Notes: generated from the sequence alone by a model not told the origin. Positions 24,170-37,330 are shown, counted from the whole stretch's first letter. The stretch: DNA of 58,724 nucleotides, filler included, from Sphacelaria rigidula (GCA_964200075.2; 10 parts of 10 records of this genome joined end to end with filler, not necessarily neighbours in it), one strand, 5' to 3'. Translations and numbers: made by a program.

Positions 24170-24498
24170 GTCTTGGCAGCCTTCCTCGGGAACTCCGTCA
24201 CCTCCAGCGGCAACTCCGCCAGACCATCTTCGCCCAGCTCACAAACGTCACACCCGCAATCTCCACCCCCGGCCGCCTTCACCGACGCGTTGGCAAACTC
24301 CAACTCCATCTTTGTCACCTTCTCTCTCTTCGTCTTGTTTGCATCCATCTCCTCGCCCCCATGTGGAACACCTGACGGTGATGTTTTGCGGGGCTCTCCA
24401 GAGGTCAGGGCACGCGCTAAGCATGCATCCTTCAGGGGACACGCGGAACACGAAGGACTTTTTGCAGTGCACACTGTCGCGCCTAGTTCCATCAAGGC
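24170..24498 (-). CDS. MUTYH: A/G-specific adenine DNA glycosylase MUTYH/MutY, exon with 4Fe-4S motif and interdomain connector
   Basis: cccag|GCC acceptor. Encodes ALMELGATVCTAKSPSCSACPLKDAC (C-x6-C-x2-C-x5-C), ...DCGCDVC... and VTEFPRKAAK. Donor gtacgt (exact donor slightly uncertain). Confidence 0.9.
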
Positions 24499-24589
24499 CT
24501 GGGGGGTTTCACGAGGAATTCGCCGGGGAAGGGAAGGGGGTGGCAGGTGGAGGGAGGTACGCGGGCGGGGAGAGAGAAAGAGGAGAGGA

Positions 24590-25108
24590 GGGGGTGCACT
24601 CATGATCTTGCATGCCGTAGTCAGCAGACCATTGACCTTGCGTCTCTGCAAAGCCGGGATGGAGCACGCCAGGTTTTCGCCGGACCAGGCTGGCAATCAA
24701 GCACCGAGTGCAAGGGGCCGTGATATGTTTGTTCGGCGAATCACTCCAAGGGTGGACTGCATCCTGCTAAGGTTGTTCGGCCCGAAGCGTACAGATTATC
24801 TGCTGCATAGGGATGGCATCCTGCAATGAGTTGCTTCGCTTTCTGGTATCGCCACTTCGAGAGATAGCCACGGTTTACACTGTCTCATGGGTGTCTTACC
24901 ATGTAAATACCACGTATCGTAGTACGATCATCCTATTTGCGCGGAGTTGAGGTTCTCCACCCCGCACACTATGATTCAACTCGACCGCCATCATTGTTAC
25001 CGCAAAAAAAGTAAGCGAGGCAAAAAAGGGGTAGCGGTTGCCTAGCTTACGCGGCGAGTGGCTTGTTTTGCAGCGTCGTTGCCAACCGATGTCAACCCTT
25101 CAAAGGGG
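24590..25108 (-). mobile_element. Family A element, longest copy (~520 bp), in MUTYH intron
   Basis: Colinear with 43730-44240 over the whole length and flanked by G-rich tracts. Confidence 0.75.
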
Positions 25109-25999
25109 TTTATCGATCGGCCGGAGGGGGAGGGAGGCGGGTATTCTACACGTTGGAATTAAAAAAGAAGAAAAAATCGTGTCGCTGTTTTCACATGAGA
25201 ATCCCGTTCCGATATCCAAGCAGTACTTCTATTTTCATACTGGGCATCTGCGCGGACGCCTTCCGTGGTCACAGGTGAACTACCCACAGGTACGGTTCAA
25301 AGAAATTAAATTTAAATAAAATAGGCGCCAGACAAATCCACATATCCGCAATACGGCAGAAGGACAAATTCACCAACAAAGTATACGAATGCCAAACACA
25401 CTAGAAGGGAACCGAGCATCCCGTCAAAAATAAAACGAACAGATGCGCAAAACAAGAACAAAACAAGAACAGGTAGCACGTGAAATGTCCACCAATCACA
25501 ACCAAATGTGCATATTTTTGTTTCTTCGAATTCGAATTAGTAAACGACACAAGCAGATGGACTTTTTCACATCTTCCGACGATAAAAAAATAAAATAGCA
25601 TAGTACATCAGTCCCATGAATTTGCTTGGCTACGCTAGCACGACCCCTTAACGGTGTCAAATTTTTGTTCGTTTGTCTAAAGCCTTCTCTGGCATTTTGG
25701 GGGGGGTCAAAAATCGTCTTGATTACAGTCTGCCACTTCCCTCAGGAGGCCGAACGGCCGAGAGACAGCCAGTCGGGTCGAAGAAATAGCCTTATTTCGC
25801 CCCTGTTCGGATAAAAAAAACGTAGAAAAATGGGACGCCTGAAAAAGTCGCAGAAGAAAAAAACACAACCACACAGGGAAAAACGCGGGAAACGTCCTTG
25901 GTACCATTTTTGGCTTGAAGCTACGCTGCCTACGCATCGTCGGAACGCACTAGATCAACTAATTATCTCTTGTCTAATATGACAACTGCAAAAAAAAGC

Positions 26000-26700
26000 C
26001 AAGTATCGGTCAAAATCGGGCCATTTTTCACCAAAAACTTTGGGTAAACTGTGTATATTTATATTTCTCTTTTCTTCATTGTTCCCCATCCTAGCTTCGT
26101 TTTCATTTTGTCTTCATAATCAACCAAACGGCATTGTCATTTTCACCGTTCTTTTATCGATACGATCCTTCCAAGGGTCGGACAAATAATGATCCGTCTG
26201 TAAATTACTTGGTTTTAGTATGACTGATTCGACTCGTACGAATCAATCCCCAGGCTTAAAAAAAAATGAAGTCAAGTATCGGTCAAAATCGGGCCATTTT
26301 TCACCAAAAACTTTGGGTAAACTGTGTATATCTATATTTCTCTTTTTTCCATTATTCCCCATCCTAGCTTCGTTTTCATTTTGTCTTCATAATCAACCAA
26401 ACGGCATCGTCACTTTCACCGTTCTTTATCGATACGATCCTTCCAAGGGTCGTACAAATAACGATTCGTCTGTAAAATACTTGGTTTTAGTATAACTGAT
26501 TCGACTCGTACGAATCAATCCCTAGGCTTTGTTTTCAGCGTTTCAACCCAGGTAGGTACACGCAGCCCAGATATGTGGAATGGCGCAAAAGTTGCGTGGA
26601 TACCCCTTGGACCAGCGGTCAACTTTTTTCTCCCTTTTGGGCAATCAGGCCGAAGAAGTCGTGGATTCGGGGATTCTTACTGTAGTCGAGATGAATCGTC
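26000..26700 (+). repeat. Family B repeat with a ~273-bp tandem duplication
   Basis: caagtatcggtcaaaatcgggccatttttcacc... starts at 26000 and 26273 with high identity. The second unit continues into sequence shared with 7795-8010 and 46810-46960. Confidence 0.85.
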
Positions 26701-26779
26701 CTAACCGTGGATCCTTCGCGCTCCACAACCAAGCTAACTTTTGGGACAGAGGAAGTATACCGACACGAGGCTTGCTGAC

Positions 26780-26831
26780 CTGGTTGAAATCTCCGGGCCT
26801 ATCTGGATCCACGATGTTGCCAGCAAGATCC
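26780..26831 (-). CDS. MUTYH: MUTYH internal exon
   Basis: cccag|G acceptor completes a Trp codon. Encodes DLAGNIVDPDRPGDFNQ. The CAG|gtcagc donor joins ALMELGA to give the canonical PGDFNQALMELGA motif. Confidence 0.9.
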
Positions 26832-27203
26832 CTGGGCACACAAGGGATGGGGTGGGGTGCGCGACGGGGTTGTCATCAAAAAGCAACGGCCTGCCAAATG
26901 AAGGAACCCAAGGACGATCACGATAGGGCACAGTACCCTGCGTACTCAATTACCCTGGATCTCCCGAGCACTGCACGCACGGTGCTTGAGGGTATCGACT
27001 GCTAAAAACTACGAGGGTTCCCGAGTAGCTCAGATATCGACCGAACAAGATGCGGGGTATTTGATTAATAGCGTACCGGATATATGGTCACCGGGTCTCC
27101 GTATTTTTCCATATGCTAACGACCTTCGGAGGAGTCACACGTACTCACTCGGGAGACGTTCGCCTACGCAAGATGTCGTGGAACACGAGGAGATGGGGGA
27201 GGC

Positions 27204-27510
27204 GGGGGGTACTCATGAATTGCCTGCCATAGTCATCAGATCATTGACCTCACATCCCCACAAAGCCGGGACGGAGCACGCCGGGTTTTCGCCGGACCAG
27301 GTCGAAATCAATGACCAAGAGCGAAGCGCCGTGGTGTGTTCGGCGAGTCGCATGAAGGGTGACCTGCATCCTGCTAAAATTGTTCGGTCCGAAGCGTACT
27401 GATTATTTTGCATTTGGATGACAGCCTCCAATGAGCTGCTTCATTTTCTGGTATTGCCACTTCCAGAGACAGGCACGGCTTACACACTGCCTCATGGGTG
27501 TCTCATCATA
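27204..27510 (-). mobile_element. Family A element, truncated copy
   Basis: Shares the ggggggtactcatga end and stops after ~305 bp at another G-run. Confidence 0.8.
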
Positions 27511-27646
27511 GGGCGGGGGGGGGCACACTCATTTGTTGCTTGCCCTAGTCTGTGTCGAGACACCTCCAACATTTGGGCGGTCATTGCACTCATTCCTTAC
27601 ATTACACAAATGCAGAGATGATGAGGGCGGGGGGTGGGGTGGGGGA

Positions 27647-27791
27647 GGGGGATCTTGCATGGGGTAGTCTTGAGACCATTGACTTTGCATCCCTACAAAG
27701 CCAGGACGGAGAGCACACCGGGTTCTCGCTGGAACAGGCTCGCAATCACCAAGCGCGAAGAGCCGTGATGTGTTCGCCGAGTCGCATGAGG
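27647..27791 (-). mobile_element. Family A element, short truncated copy
   Basis: gatcttgcatgggg...gaccattgactttgcatccctacaaagcc...gagtcgcatgaggg, bounded by G-runs on both sides. Confidence 0.75.
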
Positions 27792-28814
27792 GCGGGGGGG
27801 GGGGAGGGGGGTTCGCAGTATGGAGAGAGGGCGGACTACAGTGAATAACACGAGGGGAGCTTGTGTTAGGAGGGCGACCATTGATCGATCAATCGTCTTC
27901 ACACCAGCTGATATGCTACGATCCCACCACGCAGTGGTTACAACATGTGTTCGAGAGAAAAATAAATATACGGGCGGAACGTTGTCGCGCGAAATCGAAA
28001 CTAGAGGAAAGTAAGGAGTCTTATGAACGGGGCGATAATTTCGGGGGGGGAAGGGTGGGGGGGGGCGGGTTCACTTTTTCCTATAAAGAGGATTTTCTGT
28101 TTCTCCGACTTCCCCCACAACAAGTTCCTGAGAGCAAATTCCGACGCTAAATTGCCGATTAAATCTGCGGTCGGTCATGAATTGATCTACTGCCTGACCT
28201 GGCTAACCCGTTGACCGCCAGATCAAAAGGTTAAGAAATATGCTTGCACATTCTTCGGAGAATATTTTTTGTTTTCCTGTTAGAAATCGAGATTTTGTGA
28301 AAATATATATATAGATAGATAGATATCCATTGATAATGCCCCCTAGGGAAAAAGGGAAAAAGAAAGACGAGTTGGTGAAAAAAAAAAAACTACACAGTAC
28401 ACTCACGACAACAACAAACAACAACAAACAACAACATAGACATCAACTGCATTCGTTTGTGTACGAGTTGCTGGGTTTTGTTGTTCGACCTTGTTGATTG
28501 ATGACTGTCGTTTTGATTTTTGAGCGCATGTTGATCTCCGGAGATCAGAGAACAAAATGAGCACCCTTTGTCGAGTACCTTTTCCAAGGTAATCGTCGGT
28601 GTACACATTACAAGTTTGCCGCACCCTGGACAATAGATTACATTGAAAAAAAAAATGTACTGCGTACAGTATCGACTACTGTGTCTATTGCAGTAGACAG
28701 TAGATGCTATACTGTTGGCAGTACACTTCTTTTCAATGTAATATTTTGTCTACAGCCCAGGGTGTGTGTGTGCAATCTGCAGAGAGTGGGAAGGGGCCAC
28801 GGCGCCGAGCTCAC

Positions 28815-28941
28815 CAGCAGAGCTTGTTGAGGGAAGCGTTCTTTGGGTCGGAGGCGATGGCTTTGAGCCGGGAGAGCACTCGAATCACATTTCCATCCAC
28901 CAGGGGCTCGCGCTGGCCGAATGCTATGGACGCCACCGCCC
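28815..28941 (-). CDS. MUTYH: MUTYH exon with catalytic Asp (VDGNV)
   Basis: ctgcag|GG acceptor. Encodes GAVASIAFGQREPLVDGNVIRVLSRLKAIASDPKNASLNKLC-W. TG|gtgagc donor. Not listed in this frame in the ORF track. Confidence 0.9.
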
Positions 28942-29246
28942 CTGCAGTTGCAACAGTCAATGGATAGATGGAATGATTGTTTCAAGGTGACAGATCCGCG
29001 AGGAAAACCCAGCTAGCCGCGGCGGTCGCAGTATAACATGCAAGGAAAAAAAACACATAACGCATACAATCAGATGCCCAGTACAGCGTACTGCGTAGAT
29101 ATCGGCATCGTTTTCAGGATTCACAACAACAACAACAACAACAACAACAACACACAAAAAACACATGAACAAAGCTGTACTTCGTCGTCTTAAGATAAGG
29201 AAATAGATATGATACCACCGCGCCTCGGTGATCTGAATTAAAAACG

Positions 29247-29314
29247 GAGCAATGCTACGGTAGGAGTGCACTTTTTTCGCGAAATTTTGTCTGGTTCAGG
29301 GGCTCCTCACGCTT
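29247..29314 (+). repeat. Family E repeat (contig end)
   Basis: gagcaatgctacggtagg.gtgcactttttt-cgcgaaatt.tgtctggttcaggggctcct.acg is near-identical to 52749-52813, which is also near a contig end. Confidence 0.85.
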
Positions 29315-31942
29315 NNNNNNNNNNNNNNNNNNNNNNNNNNNNNNNNNNNNNNNNNNNNTTAATTAATTAANNNNNNNNNNNNNNNNNNNNNNNNNNNNNN
29401 NNNNNNNNNNNNNNCTGACAACTGAGACCTTGAGGTCAGAAGAGCTGGGGAGTCCCTCAACAGCATTTAGATGCTGCAGTACTAGCAGACCTGCTAGCGT
29501 CACACACTTCAGCCTCATTTTGTAGATGAACCCCATTTTCTAGGATCCACTGTTTTTTGGTGTCGTGAGGATACATATTTCGGTGGTGTGAGCGCAGTAC
29601 GGGTGCAGCTTGCACGGTTAATGCTGGATGGGTAAAGGGTATACGAGGTTAATAATGAAGAGTTACTAAACATATCCCTCTCTCTAGAGCACCTCCTCTG
29701 AGGGGCCTCCATTACACCCTTCCCCTGTAAAACGCCACCCTGAAAATAGGTTCCAGGAAAATAGCATTTCAAGCCCGAAACAGCCCTCTAGTTCCAGCAA
29801 CGGACACGTTTTCTTGGCGACGGGACGAGGCCTCGCCATCACTTCCCACCACTCTATGTTTCAAATGGTGGACAAGTCAAAAGCAAAGAGTATTTGTTTC
29901 TGGTCACCTGGCCACAAGCTACTTCGCGTACACGATAAAGTGTACGTCGTTTTTGCACAGGTGCCCGCCGTGATGTGTAATCGATCCACGCAACATAAAG
30001 TGGACTTCCAAGCACTGTGTGATGCCCAGAATCAATTACAGCGAAGTCAGTCATGTTTGCCATATCGTAGACCCAAAATGGCCCCCCGTGCGGTTCACGT
30101 AGAAAACAAGTTTCGTTCAGCAGGATGGCACACAATACAAAATGCACTCGCGGGGGCGTCACAACGTATAATACTTGCGAGATGTGGTCCGGCGAAATCG
30201 CATACACAGAGAGCAGTAGTGAATGAATGTCCATGTTTACAAATAGAGCTCTACCTGTCTCTTAGACAAAAAACTAAGAGAACATACAGTACACTGACAA
30301 GTGAATGGAGCAAACCAAATGAAAAAGGCAAAGCAAAGACAAGAGAAACAAAAAGAAATGGCCGGCCTCCGGCCAAAAAGGGTTCACGTGGAGAAGGTCT
30401 TGCGCTAAAGCACATGCATTCCCACCCAATCGCGAACGAAAAAAGCCGTGGGTACATGATGCGATGTATCTACGTATTTCGGCCGAACTATTTCGGGTAT
30501 AATATGTTCACCCATTAACCCTATGGGAGCTAGGCACCATACTGCAACGTGTATACACCAGGAATAATGTTTACAATCAGTTCTACTCGATACAAATAGA
30601 TGCAACTCTCAACGATTTGTTCGCTCGAGCGGCACAACCTCCAGTGTACAAAGACCCACCTCCTTTACAGTTCTGGCGGTTATTTTCTCCCGCCGCACCC
30701 GCCCACCCCACCCACCACTCCAATGTATCATGTACGCACATCACAAGACAAGTACTACGACACGACATTGTGTTCGGAAGCGCGCACGACGACAACTTGT
30801 ATTTACTGCACCGAATACATGACGCGTAGATAGCAGTGAACCATACTCGTACACTAACTGGATTCGGAGATGTGCATGCAACACAGGACAAACCTTATCG
30901 ACGGGACGACAGAACACAAGATTCCAGTTCCTGCTATTTTCAACTTTTGTCCCACCCTACAGACAGAAAATCGACCGACCTTGTCGTCTGTCCTCTGCTC
31001 TTGCGGCCCTTCCTTTCCGAGCGCTCACATAATACCACTCTACATGAACGAAGACAGCCGTAAACACCCGAAGGTTGAGAAGTGAATCGGCTATTTACCG
31101 TCGAATTATGATACCAGATGACACTCTTTCTTGTGCCGGCTATTTTATGCCTACCCTAGAGCCAGCTGTACATTTTGATTTTGATATGATTGCCGAATAT
31201 CGACTGATCTCCGAGGGACCCAGGCATGATCACAAGATACATCGCTATGGTATTTTCATTCCTCGTATCTCTCGCTAGCGAAGTCCCAGTTCACCAGCTC
31301 CCACCACGCCGCTGAGTAGATATCAAGAACAACACGGCCGCAGGGGGGAGGGAGTGGAGGTGGAGATGGGGACTTAGAATCAAGCTCAAAACAGTACAGA
31401 CAATCATGGGTGGGAATGAGGGCCGATTTCGGTCACTATATTTCGGAAAGTGTTCTTCGACACCTGTCAACAGAAAAAATGAGACATGAACAAGCCAATC
31501 AGTATTGATCGCAGGTACCCCGCGTCACCTTGAAACAGCGACCTGGCCCATATGAAATGTAAATAGTGCCATTTAAATAGTACATGTCTAAAACAAGCCT
31601 GTGACCGACGTTGCTGTACATCTGTACACGGGGTCCGACAACAGGAGGATAGAAGCAGCTGCTCGTGTTGTTGTTGTGCCCCTCTTGTTGCACTATGTTG
31701 TCGTGCCAATCTTTCGACGCGGGTACCTCGGCAACCACGCAGAGGATTGGTCGAGATTGGCTGGAGGCTGCGGCACCCTCTAGTTGTGGACCCGCCGATC
31801 CCCCCCCGGATCCATCTCGTGTACTTGTTGCACGTGAACGTGACGTGAACGGGTACGTTACACCTGGTCTCCTTTACTGATATAAACGTGGTCAAGATGA
31901 TTATGATGTTCTCATGCTGTGCTGCAACGATAACTTGTAAGG

Positions 31943-33515
31943 TGTGCTGTGGCACGGAGCGCGCGAACTTGCTGAAATAGTATGGGCTAAACCATGGTCA
32001 TTCAAACTCACCCGTGTTTTTTGACGCACAATCTTCTAGGATTTCCAATTTCATTGTTGATTCGAAGTGTGCACCGCTTCATGTACTGTGTTTATGATGT
32101 TTCATGTAACGTGTACCGTCTAATTCCCGTGTAACGTCTAAAAGAGGTTACGCGTACCATGAAACGTTTCATATTTCGTGTTTCAAACGTTTGGACAAGT
32201 TAACGCTCACTTTACGTTTCGTTTGTCAGCGTTAGAAACAAATTAACGTGACGTGAACGTTCCATTCTAAAAAATTAACGGTTACGTTATGTTATGTTCA
32301 TCACGGAAAAGCAATTGACGTTGACGTAACGTGTAGCGCTGTGGCACGCGTAACGTGTGTAGCCCTGGAAAAATGGTGGAAAATCGGAGCAATAACGAAC
32401 ACGTCAAAAGCTATCCCCAGCTGTTCCGCAAAAAACACATGCTTCGTCACTAATTAACGTGGTTAGGGTGTACCACACCCGTACCAATTTCATCGCGTGG
32501 TTCTGAGCACAGGTAGCAAGCCGGCCTGTGGCACTTCACAGCCACCCCCGCACACACACAAGCTACTGTAGGGAAGCGCAAAAGGCTTCGGCTCAGATCG
32601 CCACAGCCGACCCCCGAAACGCCAAAAACAGCCTTGTAGAGTACCTTTCGGTTTGGTTCAGCATGTGTGAAACGCGTGAAGGGGTTCTCTTCTTTGTTTC
32701 CGTAGTTTGAGTGTGTGGCAACCGCGAGCAAGAAAGCGGATAATGTGTGCTGTGGCGCGAAACGCGTGGACTTGCAGAAATAGTATGTCCGACACCATGG
32801 TAATTCAAACTCACTCGCGTTTATTGAAGCCCAATCTTCTGGGATTTCAAATTTCATTGCATGTGCAAAAGAGAAGTGTACACCGCCTCCTGTAACATGT
32901 TCGTGACATGTCATGTAACGTGTAACGCCGGATGACCGGCGTTCAATCATGTTCACCATCTGTTGTGTGTACAGTATGTGCTGTCGTGCGAATTGCCAAG
33001 CATTTAGAAAATTGAAAATTGAGGAGAAAAAAATGAGAAGAGAGGAGACATGAATAAATACATAACGGTCAAAAACGAATGAACGATCCTCTGTAGAGAA
33101 AGTAACGTTACACAGTCAGATATTGCACCTACGCTAAAACATACGACGTGCCACCGTCGGAGTCACGTACACGGTAACGTCACACGTAACGTGACACGTT
33201 ACAACGCTTCAAACACTCGTAAATAAGCCGCGAAATGCACAGAAGGAATCATCACACTCGGACGATTCACGTGTTCATGAAACGTTATATCGGACGTTCC
33301 ATGTGACATTGGAACGTTTCATATTACGTTACACGTAACATAACGCAAGGTTTTCTTTTATTACGTGACAAACGTAACGTAACGTGACCGTTATATTTTC
33401 AAATGAAACGTTCACGTAACGTTACAAATTTTCAACGTGCCAAACGTAAGGTAACGCGAACGTTAAATTTTACAGACGTGATAAACATGACGTGAACGTG
33501 AACATGTGACGTGTA
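31943..33515. repeat. Two diverged direct copies of an ACGT-rich non-autonomous element
   Basis: 31943-32120 aligns with 32745-32930. Each is followed by ACGT-dense sequence. The first copy ends ...gtaacgtgtgtagccctg (32367). Confidence 0.65.
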
Positions 33516-35121
33516 GACCTCTGACCTTTTTCCCGCATACGTTTTTCAGTCGTTATGGCTCTCATTCCCACCCATAACAGTGTTGATAGATACCTGATAT
33601 ACTCAACCCTTTTCCCGCCCAGACTTCTCCTTGGATAATAAGCCGACGGACGAGTGGGAGGGATGATGGGGCGGGGGATGGGGGTACAGTAGTTGTTTTT
33701 GAAGAAAAACAAACGCCTGGAGGGAGAAAAATAATGAAATAAAAACAATTAAAAAATGTGACGCACACGCCGTGTCGTGAGTTACTGGTGCACAGGCCAT
33801 GACCAGCGGTATACTGCCGTCTCAGTACAGCAAAACGGTAGCGTCGATTGCACCAGTAGTGCGTGCGATCATGCATCAACGAAAATGTCGGCAAAACAGA
33901 AGCAAAATGATGCACGGCGGGGAATCAACAAGCACGCTCCTTACCCTACCATGGAAAGAGGCTGCTGCACCCCTACTGTCTCAAACTTGACAGTTGTGTA
34001 TCCTGCTAAGCGCCACGTGTCCGTTTGGCGTTCATTTACGCCTACAAGAGATTCATTGATTGATTGGTTGATTGATCGATCTTCGCACTTTTAACCAACA
34101 CCCCGGGAGACATCTAGCCGTGGTCATGTTTCACATGATGGACGTACCCAGGACCAACCTAGACCGGAACACTGGCTGAAGAAAAAGAAAACACTAAATT
34201 CTTCATAATTCGCGGGACTTTTCATCAGCATCGAAAATCTTGGCAAATACGCATGGGCGGTCGAAGGGCAAAGATGGAGACCATTATATCCGACAATTTC
34301 TGTTCAGTATCCGTCACTCCTATTCCTATTTTGAAAGCACGATTCTTTGCACAGTTTGACATGGGGTCAGCTTGAGATAAGTTGGATTCCGTCTTTGCAT
34401 CTGGTGGAGCTTGATTTTCCCCGGAATTACCAATATACCAAATTGGGCCAGCCGGCGTAACAATCATTTGAGTGTCTATGTGTATGGCCGAGGGTACGCC
34501 TGCCTTCAGATGTTGCCTGATCGCATGAGGATCATCTGAGGTCATACGTACGGTACAAGAAGCTGCTGCACTCACCAAGTGCTTCCAAGTGCAAAACAAG
34601 GAAGCAAAAATGGTGTTGCGCGCGCCAACACTACCTTCGCAGCACACACATGTAATGGCGACCGCCCCACGATACACGACAGGACAAGTCCACGAAAACA
34701 GCGTAGTAAAGGAAACCGCGAAAGAACGTGGAAAATTCAAGGGCCAGAACGACCATACACTCAAGAGCTTAGGTTGCACTACTGCATGAGCCAGACGTGA
34801 CCTTCTGCCGCATGATGGCGCATTGATCTCAACATGCGCATACATCTATATACAGCATATATTAAGTAAGGTCCGTCGACAACGTTCAGTTTGTGCCATT
34901 CACCATGATGAAACAGCATTGAAAAATATCTTCTCACACATGCATTTCGGGTCGGGACAAGAAAGGCGCGCACGATTCGTCCTCTTCCTTCTTCATTTCA
35001 TTTGGATGTTCACGCGAAGTGAACGTTATTACCAACTCTCAGTTTGGCCGCGATATATATACATATATATATATATATATTTCGATCGGCCATTTCTTTC
35101 TGTGCTCTGCTATTGTTTACT

Positions 35122-35133
35122 CTATTATTATTA

Positions 35134-35189
<56 letters not shown>

Positions 35190-35196
35190 TATTATT
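35122..35196. repeat. (ATT)n/(ATCATT)n microsatellite; (AT)n at 35053-35080
   Basis: Direct read. Confidence 0.95.
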
Positions 35197-36242
35197 NNNN
35201 NNNNNNNNNNNNNNNNNNNNNNNNNNNNNNNNNNNNNNNNTTAATTAATTAANNNNNNNNNNNNNNNNNNNNNNNNNNNNNNNNNNNNNNNNNNNNAGGC
35301 CTTGCTAATCTACACACGCCAGTCTTTGTTTGACAGAAATCCGTTCTGTATTGGACGAATGGCGGCTGCAGGCGTTTCAAGAACAACCGAAAACGTGTCG
35401 TTGCTGACCGTTTTGTAAGCGTGTGCTGCGCGCGCGTCTCACACAAATCATCATTTCTCAACGAATTCTGAACAGATGTGAGCAAGGTCACGCACAACGT
35501 GCACAGCTTATGAGCAGCTACGGCTCGAGCTGTGTGTTTTTGGGTTGCGGGGCCACCAAGTTCCTCAGGTTCAGCTGTGATTGTGTCAGGCTATGTGGTA
35601 AGCCTTTGCATGTGTCCCGGTGAACCGGACACGCATGTTCCCCCTCGAGGTGTCCGGAAATCCCCTCTTGAAGAGCGATTCATGTGCACTTTGAGGGGAT
35701 TTTTCTGGGGGGGTGGTATCGCAGCGACCAATCACCGATCGTTTTTCATAGAGCGGACTTTCAAAAAGGGGATTATCCCCTCCGTTAAGAAGGGCCCTAA
35801 CCGATATAATTTCAATCATGAAAATGAATATGATGGAGCGAATGATGATATAATCATAGAGATAGTAGTAGGCATCATCATCATCAAGCGTGATGATGGT
35901 GCTACTGTAATCGATCCAGAGGTAATGATGAGCATGTTTCCCGTACGTGAGCTCTGCTGCTCTGCGGGTATGAACATCGAGTAAATGTTGATATCAGAAA
36001 CAGTTCAGCTCACTGGAGCATTTTTTTACATGGAGACCGCGGGGTGTAGACTCATGGGAAGTTAGCCGTGCATGCAACATGACAGAGACTGTGTCTGCTG
36101 GGTTGACACATCAGCCAGCGTCTGTGACATGATGAATAAGCATCGCCGTACTGTACTCCTGCTGTCTGTAGTACGCCGCAACGAGTGCAATGCAGCTCGT
36201 CAATATTTTGGCACAAAGTACCAACACCCGAAAAAGATCGCA

Positions 36243-37330
36243 CAACGTCACCTTGGAGCGCTGTACTGTACTGTGTACTGCTTGTTGTGCGATGTTGTGA
36301 GATACGTGTTTGTGGTGTGGTGCGTCTTGCCACAGCTCACCGGTTCTTATGTAGGTGGCGGGTTCCGAGAGAAAGCGGGATTGCTCGCACGGCACCAGAA
36401 GAACGAAAAAGAAGAATCGTTTTTTTGGTTCCCTCTGACACAACGTTTAAAGGCGGCAGAAAAATCGAACCAGAAGAAAAATCGGTTCGGGTCGACGTCT
36501 TTTTTTTTCCGCCGCATTCCTGAACTTTTGGCCTCCACTTCTCAGCGGCAATCAACTCCGCTTGGCCGACGTGGAGGGGGTAGAGCCACTCAGAATGTTC
36601 GTGTGACCAAAATTGACTTTCGCAGAGCACACATCGTGAGTGGTGCCGGGGTTGCACCGCCAGTCTAGACCGGCGAATGCACGCGCACTGTACCTCTGCC
36701 CCATCGTCGAATTCGAAAATTCTGACACCAGATTCGTTATCCTTACCGTCCAAATGCCACACATTGAAATTTTCAGGTCAATCTGAGCACTATTGTAAAG
36801 CGGGATTGTTTTTGTTTTTGTCCATCCCCGCATTTTGTGTTTCCGCTAAGTTGCCTACCGGCAGATGCAACGCGTTGAAACCCGGACACCGCATGCTGGT
36901 ATTTCCCCCAACCTTCGAAGAAACATCATCTCAAACGCATAAGATCATGCGGAAAAAAAATCAGAGGTTGAGGAGGGGATGTTATGAAATCGTCCCCTCC
37001 CTGCAAAAAAAACAGGCTTTAGCTCGGAACCCGCCAGGTGACAATTTAGCGATTATCGAACGGGGAAGTATCTTTGTGCCGCTGCGCAAACATCGAACAT
37101 CTTATTCGGTCCCTTACCGTTTTCCCCATGTATCTCTAACTGTGAAGGACACGTCTTCACGTCTGCAGCTACCCTACACGTGTGTTCTAAACAGACGGCC
37201 TCCCGACGAAGGGGTTAGCGTGCCGTCATCATTCTGAACTGTTACTCAACATCACCTTGGAGCACTGTACTGTATAATGTACTGCTCGTTGTGCGATGTT
37301 GTGACACACGTGCTCGTGGTGTGCTGCACC
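36243..37330. repeat. Dispersed ~85-bp direct repeat (36243-36325 and 37247-37328)
   Basis: caac.tcaccttggagc.ctgtactgta...tgtactgct.gttgtgcgatgttgtga.a.acgtg occurs twice. Confidence 0.8.

Noticed and set aside
23760..24829. 281-aa and 227-aa plus-strand ORFs
   Set aside because: Antisense to the MUTYH exon and running through intron or repeat sequence, with no motif.
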